NCBI GenBank assembly: GCA_964035545.1
Contig: OZ037773.1
Location: forward strand, 8,027,751-8,091,750
Direction: 5' to 3'
Length of the DNA stretch: 64,000 nt
Origin: Bugula neritina
Taxonomy: Eukaryota > Animalia > Bryozoa
How positions within the stretch are numbered: position 1 is the stretch's first letter; each line of letters starts with the position of its first letter. Below, piece by piece: positions 45,801 to 58,500 of this stretch. Under the pieces are notes generated by a model that was given only the letters and a program-made list of their open reading frames with translations, was not told the DNA's origin and ran no database searches. Both the position numbers and the translations under genes were made by a program.

Positions 45801-47466
45801 TTTGTTTTTAATTTGCATGCAAAGACTATTCCTGTAGCTATTAAATTGTTTTTTATAAATTTCTACTGAGAGTTTGCAGTAATGTTGGAAATTTTACTTA
45901 TCAAATATGCATGGTTAAACAACTTGTGTTTGTTAAATGCAAATTTTAATTAGAAATTATCATTCCAGTGTGTGAGTCATTCCATGCACGTAGGCTGACT
46001 AAGCGACTCATTGCCATCTACTGCTTTTTGTCAAATTAAAGTTTGTAATATCTTATCACCTAATATAAACAGACATGTTAAACTTTACTGTGTTCGAATT
46101 TTCCAATGCTTGTTTAGAAATGCATATGTAATGGAACTTTACCAACTGGTCCAGTCATAATAATATTGTGTTGTTAGCTATACTGAAAACTTTTATAATT
46201 TTTAAGCCTATACAAGACTTGTGGGCACAAAGAAATTTAGACTTGTTCACCGAAGCTCTACAGTTTATTTATACTCTTCTTTTTTTATGTTTAAAAAACA
46301 AAATACCAGCTTTGTGCAGACCTAATAATAATAAATTTAAATGCTATTGTAAATGTTGTGCTTAGAAAAATTGTTTTTTTCTTCACAAATATTTGTGCAT
46401 TATCTTCTGTCACCTGCAGTGAAAATTTGCATATTGAATTAATTGACTTGAAAACCTTCTGACAGTAAAATTAGAATATTAATATCCTATGGCATTTGTG
46501 CAGAGATATGCAACGACGCAAAAAGTGACGTTTATATAATTAGAAAAAATGGTTTGAATTTCATTTTTATTTTGATAATGCATTACTGATTTAAAAGTCA
46601 AATCAAACTTTAGTTACAGGTTGTATAAGTTGGAGATTTTAAAATGGCCAAGTTAATTGTATTTTAGTAACTAAGGAAACTACTACCAATCAATTAAGGT
46701 TTTAAATGTCACTTTAAATTAAATAAAATTTAATAAGTTTATTATATATATAATATATTTAAGCATAATTTTTAAAATAATGATTCAAAATATTTGAGGG
46801 TTTGCATAAGATATCTTTGAGAGCATATGCTCTTTTACTAAATTTCCTGCAAAGTACACAAAATGTGATCAAAAACACATTTATGTTCAACATATACATC
46901 TGAGTAGTCAGCTAACATGGATATCAATGTTTAGATGGTACAAGCATAGAATGTTTTACAAACTTGAAAGGTTAGTAGCACAAAGTATGTTAATATGACA
47001 TGTTGTAGTGTGTAGCTGACAAACATAACTTTACCTCATGTTTCCGCTGTATTCAAATTTATTGAACTTATAATAATGTGTAATTGTACAGCAACATGGG
47101 GAGATGACTTATTTATGACTAAGTATTAGCAGAATAGCTGTTGACTTCAAAACTTTTACTTTGTTAGCTTCTAAGCTTTAACTATATACTTTTATAAAGT
47201 TTCTATATTTACTTACATAATATTACAAGGAAAACAGCAACACCAAACAAAGTTTTAGTCTTTATATAAAATTACACATTTTACTAAAGATATTCTTTAA
47301 TTCATGGCTACTGACGCACTCAAAGTTTTTATTTTTACAAATATTTTTCACCATTTAATTGCTAACTTAGAAATTTACTCTAACAGATACTGATATAGTT
47401 TTACCTTGATGAAGATAGCAAAGTCAGCAACAGGCAAAAGCCAAACACTCCGCTGCCGACAGACAT
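33869..47466 (-). CDS. Secreted animal heme peroxidase (peroxidase-cyclooxygenase superfamily), copy A
   Basis: Signal exon 47466-47405 ([20 protein letters not shown]), then ~44283-44167, 43694-43678, 42092-41943 (RRINGTCNN), 41090-40886 (FGQFTDHD, distal His), ~40376-40215, ~39817-39698 ([12 protein letters not shown]), ~39325-39208 (GDSRTSEQ), ~38649-38545 (LFLREHN), ~38349-38191, ~37869-37745 (AAFRFGHS, proximal His), ~37575-37504, ~37083-37008 (NIQRGRDHG), ~36857-36730, ~36045-35907 (GDRFWHE), ~34871-34760, ~33968-33869 (TAG). Confidence 0.92.
35517..35890. repeat. 18-bp minisatellite (AGAGAGTAAGTCTAGGAC)n with 105-bp higher-order period
   Basis: ~21 units; variant units (including a 15-bp one) recur every 105 bp. 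Confidence 0.93.
40045..40070. repeat. (GCA)n trinucleotide repeat, intronic
   Basis: ~8 units. Confidence 0.9.
41191..41610. mobile_element. Foldback/MITE-like palindromic element (~420 bp)
   Basis: Arms 41196-~41360 and ~41439-41605 are near-perfect reverse complements; central hairpin TGCGGACCGTTACG-aaaaaac-CGTAACGGTCCGCA. Confidence 0.8.
41701..41930 (-). mobile_element. tRNA-derived SINE-like repeat
   Basis: Minus strand: TGGTGTAATGG (A box) and GGTTCGAATCC (B box) at ~41903-41849, followed by ~140 bp of unrelated body; imperfect cloverleaf. Confidence 0.65.
42326..42761. mobile_element. Non-autonomous DNA transposon (MITE) with subterminal inverted repeats and internal hairpin
   Basis: TTTTCAGAGG...TTACAATTAGGAGTTGTGTCCTCCCAA (42341-42393) pairs with TTGGGAGGACACAACTCCTAATTGTAA...CCTCTGAAAA (42700-42751). 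Internal ~110-bp hairpin at 42408-42519; right end AATGGTCT|ATT. Confidence 0.7.
43546..43641 (-). repeat. 22-bp repeat with two GTAAGT motifs per unit on the transcribed strand
   Basis: (ATACTTACAGCCATATACTTAC)n, with nine ACTTAC occurrences. Confidence 0.9.
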
Positions 47467-47554
47467 ATTGGAGGCTAGAGCAGCTGTAGGTACGTGTCAG
47501 ACTACTTCCACCAACTTAGACTCAATGAACACCCCTCAAAGACCTCCAACTCAC

Positions 47555-47591
47555 AATGCAAGACCTATCACTCTTCTTCCACTTTAATATA
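47555..47591 (-). promoter_or_regulatory. Putative TATA-like box and start region of peroxidase copy A
   Basis: TATATTAAA at 47591-47583, GCATT ~32 nt downstream, ~90 nt before the ATG at 47466; same geometry as copy B. Confidence 0.4.
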
Positions 47592-49036
47592 GGAAGCGAG
47601 AATAAATTATTGCATGAATAATGAGTAATTAATCAGAGTGCCAAGTTTACAGGCAATAAATCAGATTGTCAGATGTCTATCACATATCACAGGGAAACCG
47701 AAACAATAATTAAATATTTTGAAGAGCAGTGCTTCCTCATTTCAAATAAGGGTTCATGGTATCACGAGTTGGCAATGCAAAGATCAAAATAGGGCAAAAC
47801 AATTTGTGAGAAATGTCCCACAGCAAATAGAAGAAAATTTTTACCACTTGAGTTTAGCATGTAGCAAGTATAACTACATATATAATTAAGTTGTTTTACT
47901 TCTTTTGCTGTAGAAAAAACTGTTACTAGTGAGGGAATGATATTGTCAACTAGCTAATGTTTATCAAAACAACAGGTAGGTCTTTGCAATGCATGTTCAT
48001 GTAATGGACTAAACTGGATCTCCTGTGTTTTATGCTCTGATTTAAACAGAATAAGCAAGTTCAAACATACAAAAGCTTTTTTCCATGAGGAACTCTGCTA
48101 GTATATTCAAACCCACGCTTTCTAAACAAAGAAGTTTTCTCACTTTCACCTCAATTTATTTATTTAAAGGTGGGGAAATGGATAAAAAACCTATTTAGAA
48201 ATTTTCACTTTTTAATAAACTTTTAAGCATCAAAAACAAAATGTATTGCTGATTTAAAATTAGGTGATACTTGAATAGATTTATCAAAAATATATTCTAC
48301 AAAGTAAATTAGTTAGATATAGAATAATACTGGGATAAGTTCATTTTTTTAAAAATAACAATAAGAGTTGTCTATACTTTAAAAGCTTCAACTCTGATAA
48401 TTCTTATTTAATGTTTTGATTGTCTCCTATTTAGCATCAATTACGTGGAAAAGCTCAGATCTGGTAGCTCAACAACACCAGGGCTTAGCACTATTGTTAA
48501 GAATCTACACTAATATCCTGTGAAGCAAAATCAGTGTAATTAATGAAAGCAATACTAATATTATGTCTTGAAGAAAAAAAAAACAGTTTTTTCACTAAAA
48601 GTATGAACTGCATGTAATCTGTTGACAAATTACATTTTCAAATTTCCTAATCCCAAAGCAACCTCTTCACCGGAGCCCTAATAGAATAAACAACTTGTAA
48701 CCGTGGGGCTAGGATTTGGACAAGTGGCGCCTAGATTCTTGTTTCTATGGTTACTTGATTGTTTTATTTGACTCTTTGCAGTCAAAATATTATTATGTTT
48801 AAAAATTCTTATGGTCAAACTTGTTGTTGCAGAGATTGAGACTTGGGGAAAGAGCTAACTAATAAACAGGCTACCCGCCAGTTTTACTCTGAAGCCATTC
48901 ATTCATTTTGGTTACACATTTGCTTGCAATTTTGTTTTAATGCACGTCAACTACCAACATTTGTTAACTAGCACACAAAATATACTATTTCACATGCAAA
49001 ACTCTTCATGTTAAGAAATTCAATAGGCTGACTAAC

Positions 49037-49247
49037 TATGAATGACTGAAAGAGTGTGTCACTGAGTGAGTGAGTGTGTGAGTGAGTGTGTGACTGAGTG
49101 AGTACGTGAATGAGTGTGTGACTGAGTGAGTGTGTGAGTGAGTGAGTGAGTGAGTGAGTGAGTGAGTGAGTGAGTGAGTGTGTGACTGAGTGAGTGAATG
49201 AGTGTGTGACTGAGTGACTGAGAGATGATGTAACTGAGTGAGTGTGT
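49037..49247. repeat. (GAGT)n/(GT)n compound microsatellite
   Basis: Direct reading. Confidence 0.93.
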
Positions 49248-50196
49248 AAATGAGCAACTGGGCAACTAAAAAAACTTTGTTAAGAATTAATGTTAATTTG
49301 CCAGGTAAATGAGCTCCTAGTGTATGATAGAGCTGGCAATTGGCTAAAAAAGTATTTCACCTTAAAGCGTGCCTTGCTCAAACTGCTCGGAATGTAAATT
49401 TAAAAACATGTCAATCAGGTAAAAATGCTACAAATATCATAAAATATTAATATAAATGAACTTTCCACCTGCATTAAAATATCTTGATTCAGTTGAATTT
49501 ATAAATGTGAAATTGTGACATTGATTTATTTTGTTACATTGAATTTGTGTTTAACAATTTGAAGCACAGGTTGAAGGTGCCCGCTGTAAAAACTGCAAAG
49601 GTTATGTATTGTATATTAGGCACTTTTCAAAATAACCAACCTACAATATATAGATTGGTAGATTAGTGAAGTATTTAGAGCTTTGTATATTTTATAAATT
49701 TACTTCAACTTTTGTTATACTTTCCACCAAATTCTGACCTGTGTGTCGGCTGACTTCTAGTACAAGACTTTTCTGGTCTATGCTATGGTAACTTTATGAA
49801 ATTGATGAACCTACATAAATAATACTGATGTGCTCAAATAATATTTATGAACCATAAATGATATTATTATGCTATAATACTATTTAAAAGTCATAAAGCA
49901 TGGTAATAAACAGTAATATCTCAAACTTTTTATAAATTATTTGAATGCATTGTTTTATGATCTTAGTGCAATACAGTTTTTTTTAAACTTTGCATGGACT
50001 CTCTTTTTTGTCATAGTTATAGGCAAATTGTGGCTAGATAATTTCCTAAACTACAAACACTTACCTTACCTCCATCGTGCACTCACCTTGCACCTTCCTT
50101 GCACTCACCTTGCACCCACCTTGCACCAACTATAAGTTCACCAAACAGAGATTGTTTTCTTTGAAAACAACATTCTTTTGACTATAAGACAATTTT

Positions 50197-52446
50197 CTAC
50201 TTGCTTTTCTTTGGTAAGTCATATTCCCTGCCTATAGTAGTTTTAAATTTCATCAATTTATTTTTAAAAACAAATCATCAGTCACATATGCTGTTCTAAT
50301 CATCATGCTATAATGTTAAATTTCTATTGCATAATAATACACCTAGTATACATCCAAGTTTTGTTATGAAGTTTTCAACATGAATATAGCTAGACGTCAT
50401 TTTAGCATTGGTCTAATAGTCTGTTTGCACATGTAGCTCCTAAGTTCTAAGTGTGTTTCTGTCACTGCAGTGATTGTTTGACATTAAATTGGCATTTAAA
50501 GCAGCTCTATCAATAGGTGTTAAACACTATTCATCCATTTATTATTTAGAGCTTTGAGCCAGCCATTTCAATCAAATTATAAACTTTTATTTCTTTGGCA
50601 CGTGTTGGGGAAAATAATGCGTATAAACAACATGGTTTATTTCTAGCTAGTATAACAACACTAACTATAGTGACTATTGTTGTTTATAGCTGAAGCAGTT
50701 TTGGAAGGTGTAAAGCACAGAGGTTATAGTACTAGTAAATATTTATAAAAACAAAGGTTAGCTTGCATAGGGCAAGATCTCAGAATATCAGGTTTTCTAA
50801 AATGTTGCCCCAAGTTTAACCACTGTTTTACAAGCTTTAAAAGCTAGTGACATGGTCTTTCAGCAATATTACGTATAGAAGCTCACTAACAGTAATAGAG
50901 TTAAATCTAGCCTAACATTTTATATAGTAAAAGATTCTTACACACAGTCATATGTGAAACATAGCGTGATACACCTAATCTATACCTAGTGTCTGTTTTT
51001 TTTAAATAACAATAGTTGTTTTTGATTATTCACTTAAATTAGGGCAACTTTTGTCTCGTGCAAAGAAAATAATTATAAATGTTATCCTATTGAGACTCTT
51101 TAAACTATCTTTCAAACCTTAAACTCATAAATCTTCATTAACATTTAGTGAGGGAAGTGGCACATAAATTTGATAGGTTTATGGAGTAGAATAACATTAA
51201 AATCTTTCTTTGCAAATGCTTCTACTAAAAGTTGTGGTAATTAAGCCTTTTGAATAATAATTGAAAGGATTTCCTCAAATACCAGCTTTGCTCACACACT
51301 TCTTAGTATACGAAGCTGAGCCTCGTGCCAGTTTGTACTTGGTGCCTCTTCCCTATAAGAAAATAGAATACAGCCACATACATTACTAATTAGAATATTA
51401 CGCAATATAAAAATTTAGCACTAAAACTATAGTGCATGCAACTATTAGAATAAGGCATGTGAATCAATATCAAACTTTTAAAACTAAAGTGATAATTTTT
51501 AATGAGCGGAGATTATAGTTTAATAAAGTACGCAGTGGGTGGAAAGCCTTCTGATAATTGCTTTTAAAATAGAGACACATTTTTGCTTGGTGAGATTAGC
51601 TGCTGCAATGTGGGTGTCAGATGGGTGTCTGCGGCTAGAGTCAGATGGTGGACTAGAATAGTACCTGGCCACTACTTCGCCATAATCCAGGCAATTGAAA
51701 TGAACAAGATGAATAATTGAATAAAAATGATTTATGTAATGGGAGAGTTATAATTGGATTGCGATAAGCATATAATGGATTCCTCATAGGTGACCTGATG
51801 AAGCAACCTTAGATTTAATTCGCTATGTTGGTTAATTGGCTATTACTATAGCTCCAGGAAATTTGTCATACAGGGAAGAGAAGAATAATAATTGCTTTGA
51901 TCTTTGTTTGGCATAATTTCACTATATTTTTTGGGAGTTAACCACTGAATATGACTAAAAATTTACAAGAAAATGTTTTTCTATGATTGATGAGATCTTG
52001 GCAGATGATGGTACTGAAACTCATTAAAAACTAAAAATAACAGACTTTTTCAATGAATCATAATAATTATTATATTTTGAAAATAGTTAAAACAATTTCA
52101 GTTTGCTTTTAATTTTTCTTTTATAAGAAGTTTGACTTACAGGGACTATATTTATAGACTGGCAAGTGTTCTAAGTTACTACTTACAGTGAAACAATACG
52201 TTGTTTAGTTAGAGCAATGTTATAAGACCTAAACTGTTTCAGGAGGAATTACTTTCCAGCTTGTAGGAGTTTTACTCATAGCTACGATATTTATAAAGTT
52301 GCAAGTGTTTCAAGTTTTTACTTATAGGGAAAATATGTTGTTTTGTTATAAGCCCTAAAGTGTGAGAGCAGGAATTACCTTCCAGCTTGTATATGCCCAC
52401 ACAGCATATAGGTACTCAGTATAACCAGCGAATAACTGCGGTTCAT
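50197..52446 (-). CDS. Candidate small secreted cationic protein (97 aa, 4 exons); not in the ORF track
   Basis: Exons 52446-52379 (68 nt), 51652-51532 (121), 51352-51283 (70) and 50231-50197 (35) have GT-AG junctions in compatible phases 2/0/1. Product: MNRSYSLVILSTYMLCGHIQAG-SPPSDSSRRHPSDTHIAAANLTKQKCVSILKAIIRRLSTHCGRGTKYKLARGSASYTKKCVSKAGREYDLPKKSK*. GC-box at 52636-52645 and TATA-like TATATA at ~52593-52598 upstream. One donor (TGC|GTACTT) is weak. Confidence 0.4.
52128..52391. repeat. Diverged tandem duplication (~130 bp x2)
   Basis: TTATAAG.CCTAAA.TGT....AGGAATTAC.TTCCAGCTTGTA at ~52219-52265 and ~52346-52391, with alignable upstream sequence. Confidence 0.75.
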
Positions 52447-55400
52447 TCAGAACAATTTAATCATCATCTTGACAGCGTTTGCCGGTTTTATATCTGATAA
52501 TTAATGAGTATATCTAACAAATGAATATAGTTGAATACCAAAGAAGAGGTGAAAAAAATATAGCCACTTGAGAGCAGTAGCGGAGAAAGTGATATATAGC
52601 TAAAGTCCTTCAATTTCCTTATTAAATCTTGGTTTGGGGCGTGGCTTGAAATTCTTTTGCTACATTTCTAATCTAGAACACAGGCTTTTTTCAGTTTCTC
52701 AATTATTGTACCTACCTCCAATCATGTTTAGAGATTTATATTTTTGCCAAAAGTTAACAGCTATGATGAGATTGCTCAGCATTATGCAATAATGTTATGA
52801 TTCAATCAACAGAATAAAGTTGTATTGCAGATGTCTTTGTTCTAACAAAACACAGAGTACCATGGCTCACACTCTTTCACTGTGAAATACTAGCTTTTTA
52901 CTAAAATCACTTCAATAGGTGTGTTAGTGTAAATATTAGCTATATGAAAAAGCGTAACTCCAAAATATAGATCAGACAATCTATGTGAAAATGGATATTG
53001 GAAAGACGTTTAAAAGACAATGCAATATAATTATGCTATAAGCAAATTAGACTATCTTTCTATTCTGTAATTTTCAATATTAATATATATATTTTTAATA
53101 CTTTTAATAAATATAATGCAGGTTAATAACATTATAGGTAGATATCACACAGTTTCCTATCATTCTATGGCAAGAAAGCATAACTGTGCGACACATTGCT
53201 TTTATGCTGTAAGCTTTATTAATGCTGTAGGTGTATATATACTTGGCCTGAGAATCATAATTATCTCTTAGAAACATGACATTGAAGAAAGGTCATGACC
53301 CTTTGAGTTCAACTGTCGCATTTAAAAAATAGCCAACATTTCTCCGACTTCTATTTGGTGCCCTGCATCCTACGCATATTGGCAATGACCACAAAATAGA
53401 ATTTTTTATGCTAATGTGTGACTTCCCTGGGGCCTTTAATGCGTGGGGCTGTACAGTCGACCTAGTTACCAGTGCTATTATCATTAGCTCTGATTCTATC
53501 GTATTTATAGACTTAACGATATTTCATCATCCGGATTAATAATACCATCTACTTTAAATTAGTTTACATATAGATGCAAATCACATTTTTGTAAAATAAG
53601 AAAGCATTATGGATTAGCGAGTGATAGGCTAATAAAATTGGAGCAAAAAACAAAATTTAGATATAAGCTCTTTATTATCTAAAAACACAAATACAGGCAC
53701 ATATAGTAGCTTTCTATAATAGGCTTAAAACAGGATGTTTTCAAATGCAACAAGCATGGTAACTAATGTGAAAATTACAATATTATGTTGAGCTGTTTGA
53801 ACTTTGGTGCTATTTGTATTATAAATCTATTATTTTCATTTCACTGGAAAACTATATTGACTTTTTAAAGAAAAACCTGTTGAGCATAGCAATGATATAA
53901 AATCAATTTAGTTATGCCACTGCTATTACAATGATTACAAAGCTTATTAATGTTTTCACAGTAGAAATTGTCTGCTCTCGCCATAAAGCTCTTTAGTAAT
54001 TTTTAATGTTCTGCTTTTTAACATCAGCAAAAGATTTCTTCAAAGTGGCATATTTAAATAGAGAAACTAGTAATTTATACCTAGAGATAATTGGGTGCTT
54101 TGTATAGTGTTTTTGACAGCAGTTATATAGCTATTCAATACACGTACTTTATACTAACTACTAACATGTGGAACGTTATACTTTATACCACCTACTAACG
54201 CGTGGAGCATTATACTTGGCAAAACTATCACATAAAGCAGGTTACATTTATCACGCTAGCTATTTTATTTATGGCCAACAAGCAGAAAAATAAAGCTAAA
54301 GATTTTAACATTGAAGACAAAGGAACATTAAAATTATGAACAGCCAAATCATATCTTTGATATACAATGCCTCAAGTCTATTTCCTTTGGAATGCTACTA
54401 TGTAACTAATGGTTTGATGGAGTTGGACTAAAGGCGTACAAAAGACATACACTAGTGCAATGTTAAAGCAATAAATCACTATATGAATAATTATTATTCA
54501 AACCAATCACAACTTTTCATTATCAGTATTTTATTTTCAAATTAACTTCATATATTAATGAAAAGAATATCTTTTTAAGTTGGTTTTTTAAACTGAGAGT
54601 ACAGCACACAAATTGTTGAGTGTCAAACTATCTTGATTAAAATTTTCTCAACATATAGAAATAGTCCTTACAGTTTTCATCATTACTTTCATATATGCTA
54701 CATTTGTAACTGCCGGATTGTATCTTAACATATAGACTGTATACTTTCTACTCTCAAATCAAGTTAAAGGAACTCAAAAGGTCATAGATATAGGTTTGCC
54801 ATGATAAAGAAAAATATTATCAAGGAAAGATAACTCTATAATACCACCAAGTTTTTATTGATGCGACTTTTTAATAGGAAAGATAACTCTTAAACAATGA
54901 ATGCTGCAAAAATACTCCTATTGATGAATTTGAAGTATTTAGATTATGGGATAATGCATTAATTGATACTTTTAACAAAGTTTCAGTAGATACCTATATT
55001 TGGCAAGCTCTTAGTTGAATTGAAGCAAAGGATTTTGTGTAATAAATTTCATTTTTTTATTACAGCTGTCCAGTTATGTATTTTTCACATCCAAAAACAT
55101 GTGAAATGGAACCAAATCTCTTCTTAAAGTGACTGCGTGAAATTTTTTAAATAAAATGAACAATTCTTTTAATATTTTTTATTTCAGAAATAAAATATCC
55201 TAATGAAATTATATTAAATATTATATTATAATAAAAATTACCAATAAAAAAATAATATTTCAAATACTTTTAAATTTTACAAAAATATTTTTGTAAAACT
55301 CTTGACAATAGTACAGAATAACTTATTTTATAAAGCATTAGAAATCATCAAACGTTTTCTGGAAAAAGATTTCATTCAATTAAGCTCTCTGACTGCAGGG

Positions 55401-55534
55401 GTTTAAAACAAAAGCAAGAACAATATTTTAGTAGGAATTGCAGAGATTAAGAATGCATCATGTGGAATGGGAAGCTGCTCCTGAGATCCAATAAAATCAC
55501 ATTATAGGAAGGAATTAAACTTTAGACTTTTAGC

Positions 55535-58500
55535 CTACTCTCTCCATGGTTCGAAGTCCATCTGAGGAATAGTACTGCAGTCTACCGTTGGGTTGCTAAA
55601 ACAATAATATTATTATTTTATACATTATGAGCCATACATATATTTGTAAAGCATATGAAGTGGGATATTTTAATAAATTGTATGTTATCCTTATTTATTT
55701 AGGAATTTTGGTTATAACATACTTCTTATTGAGCTTATAAAAATAATGCAGAATAAAATATTTCTAAAGTATGATTAATCATCAAAAAATTGTTTTAAGA
55801 AAAGACTGTCATTCATTCAGACTGTTGAAGTTGAAGTTGAAGTAAACACAAGAACAACATGTGTGACAAAAAAATAAAAATAACATGTGATCAACACAGA
55901 GAACTACCACTTGTAGCTGTACTAAAATGCTATAACTTACTAATGTAAATATGTAACTACCATGAAATATGAGTCGTAACAAACTTACTCAACGGTGTCA
56001 GACACGAGTAGGAACTTTCTCACGGGAGCATTTGGTACGTTCTTACAAAACAGACCAGCCAATGAAACTTTACGAATCTCTGCTAACTGACCTAAATATA
56101 GAAATAGTCACAGTTACAGTTTAGATTGCATTTGAACACATCGTTATAAGGTGTTGAAGTAGCATCTTTCGGTTTATGCATATAGTTATGTTTTACTATA
56201 TTATGATCAAGTATTAGAAGCTGTAGCATAGACTATAAAATATAGCCATATATAACTATAAAATGTTATAACTATAACCTGCTTAGAACGTGGGCAAGCC
56301 TAGTGCGACTCTTTACGGTCACTTGGAATTTCCCACTTGGGATTTTCCACTCTGATGAATAACAGCTTATAACTCAATGCAAAGTATAAAGTTTTGTATT
56401 TGTACAGCTATAACTAGCCAATATAATCTAGCTGTGCCATGGCTTTTCTTTGGCCACACACGTGGATACAGTTAAGAATAAAGTCTAAGATGCTTCAGAG
56501 TTGAACTAAAACTTACTGGCTGTGAATCTGACAACTCTGTTGTTGGTCTCATGCCAGAATCTGTCTCCAAACTTGATTCTTCTGAACTGCTCACCAATGA
56601 TGTTAGCAAATGTCTCTCCCACAAGAGCACCGGGTAGTGAGACTTCAGATAGACCTGTAAAAACCCAAGTTGGTAGATATAGTATTCTAAAAAGTTGTGT
56701 ATACACTAGTTTATATATATACTTAAAAAGTGTGCTTTATAATTTTAGCCTTTATATTTTAAGAGATCGCGTATATATCAATGTTAAATACTTGAATAAG
56801 AGAGTGAATTTTATATCTTGTGTCTTTATATTTTGATAAAAGTGAAAAAATTTTGGAGTGTTAAACTTTCGACAGATACATTATTTTACATTATACGGCA
56901 TGTCTACAGAGCAGTGAAGTTATTATGCTGTAAACACACCTCCTGGGAAAACTTCAATGTCCGCTACTTTTGGGTAAACTTTCTGCAGAGCGTCAGCACT
57001 GCTTTGAATGTGGGTTTTTCCAACTATATCACTGTACTGCCTGTATCTGGGCAGACCGAGCTTTCTCCTGTGAAAGGTACAAATAAACATATCTTCTTGC
57101 ATTATAAAGTCGTCATATATATTAGGACCAAAAGTATTTACAAATATAATTTTGCATCATTATTAAATGAAATTTAAAATTTAATGCAAGTATAACTTAA
57201 AATATTTTTTCTTCTTTAGTAATAACAAATATTTTGTAAAAACTTAAAATATTTTCAACATTATTACAACTGGGAAATCTTGAAGAATACATTTACTTGC
57301 AGGTTAGGTACACTAGATTATTGATTTTATGAGATAAATACAGGGAAATAGCTGCTCACCTAACGTTATTGTAACTAGCTAGCCCATGGTCACGCCCACG
57401 TTGAATGTTAAATGCGGGTAGATCCATCTCTTGCCCAAACAATCTGTTTCTTATCTGATAATGATTACAAACAAAATAGAATAAAAATAATAGTCTCACT
57501 GCTACATTCATACTCCATTATATCTTTTTGGCGCAAAATCAATATTCAAAAATAAATTTTAAATATATTTTATTTATTAGCATTAACAACAGTAACTCTT
57601 TCAATATTAAAACACTCACCCCATTAGTGATGAATCGGTCTCTAACCTCCATTGGATCACTAGTCATTCCCTTCAGAAGTCTGTCACTACCTGAAGTCAG
57701 AAGAGGTAACTGGCTATAACTCTTAGTGTAACTTACTATTACTCTAGTGTCAGTCCTATATTTAGTGACCCTTAAAGACAGCTACACAGCGCATAAAGAA
57801 GCATACAGTTTCCAAATATGGCAAGTGTAACCATAATTTTTGCTTTTGAAAAAAGCCCTAAACCTGTTAAAGTGTCTATTTGGTATTTTTTTGAAACCTG
57901 AATTAAGCTTGTTGTTTTTTGTTTCATTGAAAATTGTTTTTAACTTATAAGTTTAGGGCTCTTTTAGTAATAATATATAAGTAAACGATGTAGAAAAAAA
58001 TCTTCAGTTAATACACAGCCTACAGCAAATCTGAAGATATCCACAAATAGCTACCATATTCATCTGTCGTCTTGAAAGCTTCAAACACTTCTTTAAGATC
58101 AAGTTGTCCGGGAGTCGTGCCAAAGGACTGTCTGATGAGGGAGTGACCAAATCTAAACGCAGCTGTAGAGAATTCCGTCCTGAAATTTAGATATACAGGC
58201 TATAATTTCTTCTGTTATGAAATTAAGTTTTAATGTTGTTTCACTAAAAAACGTTTCTAAGTTGATGATGTTTTCAGCCAACAAATTGAATAACATTAAT
58301 ATACCATAATGTTGATAAAAAGCATGCATGGAAGTATACAAAAATTATATGTAAAACAGCAGTGCAACGCTGTAACTAAAGATGAGTTTAGGATATATAT
58401 AAATGCAACTTACAGAATGGAGGCATCCACTCTTCTGTTGTATCCAGTGAATCGCCCAGTCTCCAGAAGGTTGAGCTGATACTTGTTCATGATGTCTGAG

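Noticed and set aside
49036-49265. (HSLT)n ORFs
   Set aside because: (GAGT)n microsatellite translation.
34660-56380. Other CTGA(T/A)GA hits (34669, 51795, 56352; minus strand ~50281) as further hammerheads
   Set aside because: No stem II followed by GAAA and no stem I complementarity.
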